Shown here: piece by piece, positions 1 through 7,293 of the stretch
Layout: each line of letters starts with the position of its first letter
Position numbering within the stretch: the stretch's first letter is position 1
Assembly (NCBI GenBank): GCA_031410015.1
Contig: JANNYI010000133.1
Location: 1-17,745 of the forward strand
DNA from: Betaproteobacteria bacterium
GTDB lineage: Bacteria; Pseudomonadota; Gammaproteobacteria; Burkholderiales; Casimicrobiaceae
Direction of reading: 5' to 3'
Length of the DNA: 17,745 bases
Program-made: the position numbers and the translations under genes
The notes under the pieces: generated by a model
The model's database searches: none
What the model was told of the DNA's origin: nothing
The model's input: only the letters and a program-made list of their open reading frames with translations

Positions 1-30
1 CGCGTGTTCCGGCGCCCGTGGCAAAAAATC

Positions 31-63
31 CGCGGTCGGCTTCATCGACCCGCCCATTTTTTT
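31..63. terminator. Rho-independent-like hairpin with A-run and T-run flanks (possibly bidirectional)
   Basis: Stem cgcggtcg (31-38) pairs with cgacccgc (46-53) with one bulge and a 7-nt loop gcttcat. It is preceded by A6 (23-28) and followed by T7 (57-63). A T7 run is conspicuous in such GC-rich DNA. No credible CDS lies between it and position 388. Confidence 0.5.
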
Positions 64-124
64 GCCGTCGGGCGCTTGAACACACGCCTTGCGGCGACTA
101 AGCCCGCCCCGGCCGGCGCGCCCC

Positions 125-249
125 GCACCGAGCCACGCCGAACGGAACACGCACCGAGCCACGCCGAACGGAACACGCACCGAGCCACGCCGAACGGAAC
201 ACGCACCGAGCCACGCCGAACGGAACACGCACCGAACCGCGACGAACAG
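125..249. repeat. 26-bp tandem direct repeat: 4 perfect copies plus a degenerate fifth
   Basis: Unit gcaccgagccacgccgaacggaacac occurs at 125-150, 151-176, 177-202 and 203-228, with no mismatch. A fifth partial copy starts at 229 (gcaccgaaccgcgacgaacag) with about 4 mismatches. The period is not a multiple of 3. The repeat is noncoding and lies about 60-185 bp upstream of the putative promoter. Confidence 0.95.
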
Positions 250-308
250 TTCAGAACGCCGCATGCCGGCGTGCAATCGCATTCCATGCGCCAAAACGCC
301 ACTGCCTA

Positions 309-337
309 TTGACAACTGACTGCGGGTCACTTAGGCT
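309..337 (+). promoter_or_regulatory. Putative sigma70-type promoter of the TetR/efflux operon
   Basis: Perfect -35 TTGACA at 309-314, a 17-bp spacer, then TAGGCT at 332-337 (T1, A2 and T6 of the -10 consensus kept). It sits 51 bp upstream of the TetR ATG. A Shine-Dalgarno-like ggaagg lies at 375-380. Confidence 0.5.
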
Positions 338-364
338 TCGAATTCAAGTGACCCGCAGTCAGTT
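314..364. promoter_or_regulatory. Perfect inverted repeat (19-bp arms, 13-bp spacer); candidate TetR operator
   Basis: aactgactgcgggtcactt (314-332) is the exact reverse complement of aagtgacccgcagtcagtt (346-364). The left arm fills the -35/-10 spacer and the right arm lies in the predicted 5' leader. Confidence 0.6.
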
Positions 365-387
365 AATGATCAGGGAAGGGCTTCAAC

Positions 388-1080
388 ATGGTCATCCGCC
401 AGCGCGCCATCCAGGCTGAAGACAAGCAGGAGCGCCACCACGCGATTCTCGACGCCGCCGAGCGCCTGCTGCTGCGTGCGCCTGACCGCGTGGCCAACGT
501 CGCCGAGGTCGCGGACGAGGCCGGCCTGGCCAAGGGCACGGTCTATCTCTACTTCCCCAGCAAGGAAGAACTGCTGCTGGCCGTGCACGAGCGCAACATC
601 GACGCATTTTTCACCGCCCTCATTGCGCGGATGCAGAGCGACACGCCGGCGGCCATCGACGATGTGCTGGACCTGACCCACCGCTACATGGTGGAGCCGC
701 CGCTGTTCCTCCCGCTGGCGGCGCGCTGCTTCGGCCTCATGGGGCAAAGCGTGGCGCCCGAGGCCGGTCAGGAATTCAAGCGCCGGATGGCGGTGCGCCT
801 GCAGGCGGCGGGCGCCGGGCTGGAGCGCCACTTTCCGGAGCTTGGCGCGGGCGGCGGCGTGGCGCTGCTGCACTACAGCTATGCGCTGATCATCGGACTC
901 TGGCAGATGTCACCGGCGGCGCAGGGCGGCACCTCAACGTGTCCGCTTGCGGATGCGGCATCGCCGATCTTCGACTATTCCTATCCGGACGAACTCGATC
1001 GCGCGCTGCGTGCGCTCTGGGAAGGCACGGTCGGCCGCCCGCTGCAACCGGCATCCGGACTGACGGAGGTTCACGCATGA
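388..1080 (+). CDS. TetR/AcrR-family transcriptional regulator
   Basis: 230 aa. The N-terminal HTH signature (ILDAAERLL...VANVAEVADEAGLAKGTVYLYFPSKEELL) is typical of the TetR N-domain. The stop overlaps the next gene's ATG (ATGA at 1077-1080). Confidence 0.9.
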   Translation: MVIRQRAIQAEDKQERHHAILDAAERLLLRAPDRVANVAEVADEAGLAKGTVYLYFPSKEELLLAVHERNIDAFFTALIARMQSDTPAAIDDVLDLTHRYMVEPPLFLPLAARCFGLMGQSVAPEAGQEFKRRMAVRLQAAGAGLERHFPELGAGGGVALLHYSYALIIGLWQMSPAAQGGTSTCPLADAASPIFDYSYPDELDRALRALWEGTVGRPLQPASGLTEVHA

Positions 1081-2249
1081 GTGCGCGCACGTTGAGTCTT
1101 GGCGCGGTGGCGCTGGCGGCCGCGGTACTGCTTGCCGCCTGCGGCGCCAAGGAGCCGCCCGCGCCACCGGTGCGGCCGGTGGTGTTGACCAAGGTGACCG
1201 TAGGGGCGGGCGCGGACTCCTCGGTGTTCGCCGGCGAGGTGCGGCCGCGCCACGAAACCGACCTCGGCTTTCGCATCGCGGGCAAACTGGCCGAGCGCAT
1301 GGTCGACACCGGCGCTCGCGTGCGGCGCGGCCAGGCGCTGGCGCGGCTCGATCCCGCCGACGTCGGCCTGCAGGCCGAAGCCGCCAAGGCCCAGGTCGCC
1401 GCCACCGAAACCGAGTACAAGTTCGCGCAGGCCGAATTCGAACGCTACCAGACGCTGTTGCGCGAGAAATTCATCAGCGCCTCCGCGCTCGATGCCAAGC
1501 GCAATGCGGCCGACGCCAATCGCGCCAAGTGGGAGCAGGCCCGTGCCAACCTCGCCGTCGCGCAGAACCAGTCGAGTTATGCCACGCTGGTGGCCAATGA
1601 AGACGGCGTGATCACCGCGGTCAATGCGGAGCCCGGGCAGGTGGTCACCGTGGGCCAGGCCGTGGTCCGGCTTGCGCGCGAGACCGAGCGCGAAGTGCTG
1701 ATCAGCGTTCCCGAAAACCGGCTGCGCGAGCTGACGGCCGCCGGGCAACTGGTGGTCGCCCTGTGGGCCAATCCTGCCAAGCTGTACCAGGGGCGCGTGC
1801 GTGAAGTGTCACCCACCGTGGATCCCGCCACCCGCACCTTTGCCGTGCGCGTGTCGATCCTCGACGCCGATCCCGCGGTGCAGTGGGGAATGACGGCCAA
1901 TGTCGGTGCCGTGAACGCCACCGCGATGCCTACCGCCGTGCTGCCGCTGACCTCGATCTACCAGAAGGATGGCAAGCCGGCGGTCTGGCGCTACGACCCG
2001 GGCACGCATGTGGTCACGCTGGTTCCGATCACCGTGGCGCAGTATCGGGAGGACGGCGTCGTGGTGACGAGCGGCGTTGCCGACGGCGATGTGATCGTCG
2101 CGGCGGGCGTCCACAAGCTGCAGCCGGGCCAGGTGGTGCGGCCCTACGAAGGCGGCAAGGACGTCAAGCCGGCCGCGCCACCTGCCGCCGCGGGCCCGCG
2201 CGATGCCTCGGGCACCGTCGCGCCGGTGGGCACACCCGCGCGCAGCTGA
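1077..2249 (+). CDS. Efflux RND periplasmic adaptor (membrane fusion protein), lipoprotein
   Basis: I chose the in-frame ATG at 1077 within ORF 939..2249. The N-terminus MSARTLSLGAVALAAAVLLAAC has a lipobox (LAAC). Coiled-coil hairpin and beta-barrel regions typical of the HlyD/AcrA family follow. The C-terminal tail is Pro/Ala-rich. Confidence 0.9.
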   Translation: MSARTLSLGAVALAAAVLLAACGAKEPPAPPVRPVVLTKVTVGAGADSSVFAGEVRPRHETDLGFRIAGKLAERMVDTGARVRRGQALARLDPADVGLQAEAAKAQVAATETEYKFAQAEFERYQTLLREKFISASALDAKRNAADANRAKWEQARANLAVAQNQSSYATLVANEDGVITAVNAEPGQVVTVGQAVVRLARETEREVLISVPENRLRELTAAGQLVVALWANPAKLYQGRVREVSPTVDPATRTFAVRVSILDADPAVQWGMTANVGAVNATAMPTAVLPLTSIYQKDGKPAVWRYDPGTHVVTLVPITVAQYREDGVVVTSGVADGDVIVAAGVHKLQPGQVVRPYEGGKDVKPAAPPAAAGPRDASGTVAPVGTPARS

Positions 2250-2270
2250 CGCCTTGCCCGGATACCCGAC

Positions 2271-5200
2271 ATGACCATTCCCACCGTACCCGGTGGCGCG
2301 GCCGGTTCGCGCTTCAATCTCTCCGAATGGGCGCTGCGGCATCGTTCCATCGTGCTGTTTGCGATCATCGCGTTTGCCGTTGCCGGAATCCTTTCCTACC
2401 AGCGACTTGGGCAGTCGGAGGACCCGCCGTTCACGTTTCGCGTCATGGTGGTCAAGACCAACTGGCCGGGTGCCAGCGCGCTCGAAGTCGAGCAGCAGGT
2501 CACCGACCGGATCGAGCGCAAGCTGCAGGAAGTGGCCAACATCGACTGGGTGCGCAGTTATTCGAAGCCCGGAGAGTCGCTGGTGCTGTTCGCGCTCAAG
2601 GATTCGGCGCCGGTGACCAGCGTGCCGGAGGCCTTCGACCGCGTGCGCAAGAAGATCGGCGACATCCGCAACCAGATGCCTGCCGGCATCCAGGGCCCGT
2701 TCTTCAACGACGAGTTCGGCGACACCTACACCAACATCTATGCATTGACCGGCGACGGCTTCGGCTACAAGGAGTTGAAGGAGTTCGGCGACCGGATGCG
2801 CTCCGAACTGCTGCGGGTGCCGGGGGTGGCCAAGGTCGACTTCATAGGCGAGCAGGAAGAAAAGGTCTTCATCGAGCTGTCCAACGCCAAGTTGGCCACG
2901 CTGGGTGTCGATCCCACGCAGATCATCGAGACCCTGGCGCGACAGAACGCCGTGGCGGCTGCCGGCGTGTTCGACACCAGCACCGACCGGATCTTCGTGC
3001 GTCCCTCCGGCGCTTTCGACAGTGTGGAGGCGATTCGCGACATCGCCATCCGCGCCAACAACAGGCTGTTCCGCCTGGGCGACATCGCCACAGTCACGCG
3101 CGGCTACGTCGACCCGCCGCAGCAGAAGATGCGCTGGCACGGTCGCGAGGCGCTCGGCCTCGGCGTCACGATGGTCAAGGGCGGCGACGTCATCGAGCTG
3201 GGTCATGCCCTGGACGCGGCCGCCGAACGGGTGCAGGCGCAGCTGCCCGTCGGCGTGGAACTGGGCCACGTGGCCAGCATGCCGCGCGCCGTCCAGCGCT
3301 CGATCAACCAGTTCCTGCGCTCGCTCGCCGAAGCGGTGCTGATCGTGCTGGCGGTCTCGCTCGTCAGCCTGGGGCTGCGCACCGGGCTCGTGGTGGCGGT
3401 ATCCATTCCGCTGGTGCTTGCCGTGACGTTCCTCTGCATGTGGCTCTTCGACATCGGGTTGCACAAGATCTCGCTCGGGGCACTGATCCTGTCGCTGGGT
3501 CTTCTCGTCGACGACGCGATCATCGCCGTCGAAATGATGGCGATCAAGCTGGAGCAGGGCTTCGATCGCTTTTCCGCCGCCAGCTTCGCCTATACCAGCA
3601 CGGCGTTTCCGATGCTGACCGGCACGCTCGTCACCGTGGCCGGATTCCTGCCGATCGCCACGGCGAAAAGCGGAACGGGCGAATACACGCGTTCGATCTT
3701 CCAGGTGTCGGCGATCGCCCTCATCGCTTCGTGGGTCGTGGCGGTGGTGGTGATTCCCTACCTCGGCTACAAGATGCTGCCCGACTTCTCGAAGCCGCGT
3801 CCGGCGCCCCTGTGGCGGCGGTGGCTGGCCCGCATGCGCGGGCAGCCGGCGCCGGCGCCGATCCCGGCGCACCATGGCGACGCCGACGCCGTGTACCGGA
3901 CACCCTTCTACAACCGGCTGCGCAGCACCATCACGTTGTGCGTCGCGCATCGCAAGATCGTGCTCTTCGGCACGCTGGCGATCTTCGTCGGCGCGCTGGC
4001 GCTGTTCCGCTTCGTGCCGCAGCAGTTCTTCCCCGCATCGTCGCGGATGGAACTCCTGGTCGACCTGCGACTGCCGGAGGGCAGTTCGTTTGCGGCATCG
4101 ATGGCGGCAACGCAGAAGTTCGAGAAGATCCTGGAGCAGGATCCCGGCGTCGAGAGCTTCGTCTCCTATGTCGGAAGTGGCTCGCCGCGCTTCTACCTCC
4201 CGCTCGACCAGCAACTGCAGCAGGCCAATTTTGCGCAGGTGGTGCTGATCGCCAAGAGCATCGAGGCGCGCGAACAGGTGCGCACCCGCATCCTCGACCT
4301 CTTCGCCGTCGACTTCCCGGAGTTGCGCGGGCGGGTGTCCCGACTCGAAAACGGGCCGCCGGTGGGCTTCCCCGTCCAGTTTCGCGTCTCCGGCGAAAAC
4401 GTCGCCACCGTGCGCGCGCTGGCGCAGAAAGTGGCGGAGGTGCTGCGGCGCGACCCCGACACGGATCAGGTGCAGTTCGACTGGGACGAGCCGTCGAAGG
4501 TGATCCGCGTCATCGTCGACCAGAACAAGGCGCGCGTGCTGGGCATTTCGTCGCAGGAACTCGCCACGTTCCTCAACAACTCGCTGTCGGGCTATTCGGT
4601 CACGTACTTCCGCGAGCGCGACAAGCAGATCGAGGTCGTGCTGCGCGGCGCGGCGGACGAGCGCGCGAAGATGAGCTTCCTCAAGGACCTGGCGCTCCCC
4701 ACGCGCGGCGGACGCGCCGTGCCGATCACGCAGATCGCGGAGATCAAGTACGACCTCGAGCCGGGCATCGTGTGGCGCCGCAACGAGCTGCCTACGATCA
4801 CCGTGCGCTCGGATGTGCGCGGGAACGCGCAGGGACCCGACGTGGCCGCCCGCATCGAACGCGAACTTGGCGCGCTGCGCGCCGGCCTGCCGCTCGGCTA
4901 CCGGATCGAGATCGGCGGCGCCATCGAGGACTCGACGCGCGGCCAGCGCTCGATCGCCGCGGGCATGCCGCTCCTGGTCATTGTCGTGCTGTCGCTGCTG
5001 ATGATCCAGTTGCAGAGCTTCGCGCGCGTATTCATGGTCGTGCTGACGGCGCCGCTCGGGTTGATCGGCGTCGTGATCGCGCTGCTGGCCTTCGGCAAGC
5101 CGTTCGGCTTCGTTGCGCTGCTGGGAACGATTGCGCTCGCCGGCATCATCATGCGCAACTCCGTCATCCTGGTGGACCAGATCGACCAGGACATCGCCGC

Positions 5201-5453
5201 GGGACATGTGCCGTGGGACGCGGTGGTCGGCGCGACGGTGCGCCGTTTCCGCCCGATCGTGCTCACCGCCGCGGCGGCGGTGCTGGCGCTGATTCCGTTG
5301 GCGCGCAGCGACTTCTTCGGGCCGATGGCCGTGGCGATGATGGGGGGCATCGTCGTGGCCACCGCCCTCACGCTGCTGTTCCTGCCCGCGCTCTATGCGC
5401 AGTGGTTCCGCGTACGCGCGGAGGCGCCGGCGGATGCGCTGCTGCCCGAATGA
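2271..5453 (+). CDS. RND efflux permease (AcrB/AcrD/AcrF-type inner-membrane transporter)
   Basis: 1060 aa with two large periplasmic loops and about 12 TM segments. The TM4 proton-relay motif GLLVDDAIIAVE is present. It lies 21 nt downstream of the adaptor gene. Confidence 0.95.
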   Translation: MTIPTVPGGAAGSRFNLSEWALRHRSIVLFAIIAFAVAGILSYQRLGQSEDPPFTFRVMVVKTNWPGASALEVEQQVTDRIERKLQEVANIDWVRSYSKPGESLVLFALKDSAPVTSVPEAFDRVRKKIGDIRNQMPAGIQGPFFNDEFGDTYTNIYALTGDGFGYKELKEFGDRMRSELLRVPGVAKVDFIGEQEEKVFIELSNAKLATLGVDPTQIIETLARQNAVAAAGVFDTSTDRIFVRPSGAFDSVEAIRDIAIRANNRLFRLGDIATVTRGYVDPPQQKMRWHGREALGLGVTMVKGGDVIELGHALDAAAERVQAQLPVGVELGHVASMPRAVQRSINQFLRSLAEAVLIVLAVSLVSLGLRTGLVVAVSIPLVLAVTFLCMWLFDIGLHKISLGALILSLGLLVDDAIIAVEMMAIKLEQGFDRFSAASFAYTSTAFPMLTGTLVTVAGFLPIATAKSGTGEYTRSIFQVSAIALIASWVVAVVVIPYLGYKMLPDFSKPRPAPLWRRWLARMRGQPAPAPIPAHHGDADAVYRTPFYNRLRSTITLCVAHRKIVLFGTLAIFVGALALFRFVPQQFFPASSRMELLVDLRLPEGSSFAASMAATQKFEKILEQDPGVESFVSYVGSGSPRFYLPLDQQLQQANFAQVVLIAKSIEAREQVRTRILDLFAVDFPELRGRVSRLENGPPVGFPVQFRVSGENVATVRALAQKVAEVLRRDPDTDQVQFDWDEPSKVIRVIVDQNKARVLGISSQELATFLNNSLSGYSVTYFRERDKQIEVVLRGAADERAKMSFLKDLALPTRGGRAVPITQIAEIKYDLEPGIVWRRNELPTITVRSDVRGNAQGPDVAARIERELGALRAGLPLGYRIEIGGAIEDSTRGQRSIAAGMPLLVIVVLSLLMIQLQSFARVFMVVLTAPLGLIGVVIALLAFGKPFGFVALLGTIALAGIIMRNSVILVDQIDQDIAAGHVPWDAVVGATVRRFRPIVLTAAAAVLALIPLARSDFFGPMAVAMMGGIVVATALTLLFLPALYAQWFRVRAEAPADALLPE

Positions 5454-6079
5454 GGATCCTGGTGATCGGTGGCACCCGCGGCCTGGGGCTGGCGGTGGTT
5501 CGTGCGGCGTTCGAGGCGCAGCATACGTTGACGGTGCTCGCGCGCCACGTCGGTGACTTCGAGGCGCCGGTCAACGGGGTGCGCATGGTCGTCGGCGATG
5601 CCGGCGATGCGGCCGACGTCGAGCGCGCGATCGCGGGCCAGGATGCGGTGGTCTGGGCGGTCGGGGTGGCCCCGACCCGGCGCCCCGTCCACGTCTTTTC
5701 CCGCGGAACCCAGTACATGCTGGCGTCGATGGAGCGCTTCGGCGTGCGGCGGCTGCTGTGCGTGACGGGCGTGGGCGCGGGCGACAGCAAGGGCCAGGGG
5801 GGCTTCCTGCAGGCGGCGATCATGCAGCCGCTGCTGCGCCGGACCATCTTCGAGGACAAGAGCCGGCAGGAGGCCCAGATCCGTGCCAGCGCGCTCGACT
5901 GGACCATCGTCCGTCCCGCGGCGCTCGCCGACGGACCCGCCACCGGTGCCTGCGCCGCCCATGTGCTGCCCGACGTCGCCGTGGCCCGGCGCATCCGGCG
6001 CGCTGACGTCGCCGCATTTATCGTCGGCAACGTCGACGCGTCCCGCTACCTGCGCAAGTCGGTGCTGCTCACGGCCTGA
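5450..6079 (+). CDS. NAD(P)-binding Rossmann protein (atypical SDR / NmrA / flavin-reductase-like)
   Basis: This is the last 209 codons of track ORF 1883..6079. The ATG at 5450 overlaps the RND stop (ATGA). The N-terminus MRILVIGGTRGLGLAV carries a GxxGxxG dinucleotide-binding motif. WTIVRPAALADGP is typical of NAD(P)H-binding atypical SDRs. Confidence 0.75.
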   Translation: MRILVIGGTRGLGLAVVRAAFEAQHTLTVLARHVGDFEAPVNGVRMVVGDAGDAADVERAIAGQDAVVWAVGVAPTRRPVHVFSRGTQYMLASMERFGVRRLLCVTGVGAGDSKGQGGFLQAAIMQPLLRRTIFEDKSRQEAQIRASALDWTIVRPAALADGPATGACAAHVLPDVAVARRIRRADVAAFIVGNVDASRYLRKSVLLTA

Positions 6080-6172
6080 GCCGGCGGGGATGGCTGGCCC
6101 GGTGGGGTAAACTTGCAGTCTTGCGGCGCGCGGCGTTTGGCGTGCTGCCCATTTCCCACGAGACCATCGATC

Positions 6173-7279
6173 ATGGCGCTGGCTTCCACTCTCGAGATCG
6201 TTGCCGAACTGAAGGCCGGCCGCATGGTCGTGCTGGTCGACGAGGAGGATCGCGAGAACGAAGGCGATCTCGTGCTCGCGGCCGAGTATGTGACCGCGGA
6301 GGCGATCAACTTCATGGCGCGGCATGCGCGCGGGCTCATCTGCCTCACGCTCACCGAAGAGCGCTGCCGGCAACTCGCGTTGCCGCTGATGGTGACCAAC
6401 AACCGGTCGGGCACCGGCACCAACTTCACGATGTCGATCGAGGCGGCCGAGGGTGTCACCACCGGCATCTCGGCGGCCGATCGCGCGCGCACGGTGCTGG
6501 CGGCCGTGGCGCCCGACGCGAGGCCTGCCGACATCGTCCAGCCGGGACACATCTTTCCCGTCATGGCGCAGCCCGGCGGCGTGCTGGTGCGCGCCGGCCA
6601 CACGGAGGCGGGGTGCGATCTCGCGCGGATGGCGGGCCTGATGCCGGCCGCGGTGATCTGCGAGATTATGAAGGACGACGGCACGATGGCGCGCATGCCC
6701 GACCTCCTGACGTTTGCGGAGGCGCATGGCCTCAAGGTGGGTGCCATCACAGACCTCATCCATTACCGCAGCCGCACCGAACGCATCATCGAGCGCATCG
6801 CCGAGCGGCCGCTCAACACGCCGCACGGCGCCTTCCGACTCGTCGTGTACCGCGACAAGCTGTCCGATGCCACGCATCTCGCGCTGGTGCGGGGACCGAT
6901 CGCGCCCGATGTCGAGACGCTGGTGCGCGTGCACGAGCCGCTGTCCGTGATGGACCTGCTGGACGGCGAGTCCGCGTCCCACTCGTGGACGATCCCCGGC
7001 GCGCTGGCGGCCATCAGCGAAGCCGGCCGCGGCGTCGTGGTGCTGCTGCATCGGCCGGAAAGCGCCGTCGAGCTGCGCCGGCGCGCGGTGGCCGACGCGC
7101 CGGCACCGGCCAACAAGATGGACCTGCGCAACTACGGCATCGGCGCGCAGATCCTGCGCGATCTCAACGTCGGCCGGATGCGCCTCCTGTCCAAGCCGCG
7201 CAAGATGCCGAGCATGGCCGGCTTCAACCTCGAAGTGACCGGCTACGCCAGCGAGCCGCCGGCACGCAAGTCCTCCTGA
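6173..7279 (+). CDS. ribBA: 3,4-dihydroxy-2-butanone-4-phosphate synthase fused to a degenerate GTP cyclohydrolase II-like domain
   Basis: I chose the ATG at 6173 (MALASTLEIVAELKAGRMVVLVDEEDRENEGDLV is the canonical RibB N-terminus). The C-terminal half aligns to RibA, but VRVHSECLTGD...CDC is replaced by VRVHEPLSVMD, and that half contains no cysteine. Confidence 0.9.
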   Translation: MALASTLEIVAELKAGRMVVLVDEEDRENEGDLVLAAEYVTAEAINFMARHARGLICLTLTEERCRQLALPLMVTNNRSGTGTNFTMSIEAAEGVTTGISAADRARTVLAAVAPDARPADIVQPGHIFPVMAQPGGVLVRAGHTEAGCDLARMAGLMPAAVICEIMKDDGTMARMPDLLTFAEAHGLKVGAITDLIHYRSRTERIIERIAERPLNTPHGAFRLVVYRDKLSDATHLALVRGPIAPDVETLVRVHEPLSVMDLLDGESASHSWTIPGALAAISEAGRGVVVLLHRPESAVELRRRAVADAPAPANKMDLRNYGIGAQILRDLNVGRMRLLSKPRKMPSMAGFNLEVTGYASEPPARKSS

Positions 7280-7293
7280 CACCCGCAGCCACG

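Noticed and set aside
125-249. Possible CRISPR array.
   Set aside because: The repeats are directly adjacent with no spacers, only about 4.8 copies are present, and there are no cas genes in the window.
4-319. ORFs 4..312(+), 89..319(+) and 42..302(-) encoding repetitive TEPRRTEHAPSHAERNTHRATPNGTR-like peptides.
   Set aside because: They are products of the 26-bp tandem repeat being open in several frames. They run through a terminator-like hairpin and the promoter, have no RBS, and use non-ATG or weak starts.
939-1076. Upstream extensions of track ORFs: 939, 6113, 8234, 9076, 10394, 11069, 12893 and 16634.
   Set aside because: The extensions overlap the preceding gene or add Arg-rich, non-conserved N-termini. 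The internal starts chosen restore canonical family N-termini, signal peptides or 4-nt coupling overlaps.
1809-5207. 1132-aa minus-strand ORF antisense to the adaptor and RND genes. Similar long antisense ORFs are 5393..7282, 7646..9271, 13055..15547, 15451..16425 and 16936..17733.
   Set aside because: Their composition is dominated by R, H, D, Q, A and G with no recognisable domains. Each lies exactly opposite a strongly supported + strand gene. Long stop-free antisense frames are expected in very GC-rich coding DNA.
1883-5449. The N-terminal approximately 1189 codons of the 1398-aa + strand ORF 1883..6079.
   Set aside because: This part is out of frame with, and nested inside, the adaptor and RND genes, and its sequence is Arg/Gly/Ala-rich and low in complexity. 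Only the last 209 codons (from the ATG at 5450) encode a recognisable Rossmann protein.
388-6079. The efflux cluster as a horizontally acquired genomic island.
   Set aside because: There are no flanking direct repeats, tRNA, integrase or transposase. Base composition and codon style look the same as in the neighbouring housekeeping genes, by eye.
6080-6172. FMN (RFN) riboswitch upstream of ribBA.
   Set aside because: The spacer is only 93 nt. I cannot find the conserved RFN core segments (for example AGGGCGGGGTGAAATTCCC...ACCGGCGGT or GGATGGGAGAAG-like elements). A covariance-model scan would be definitive.
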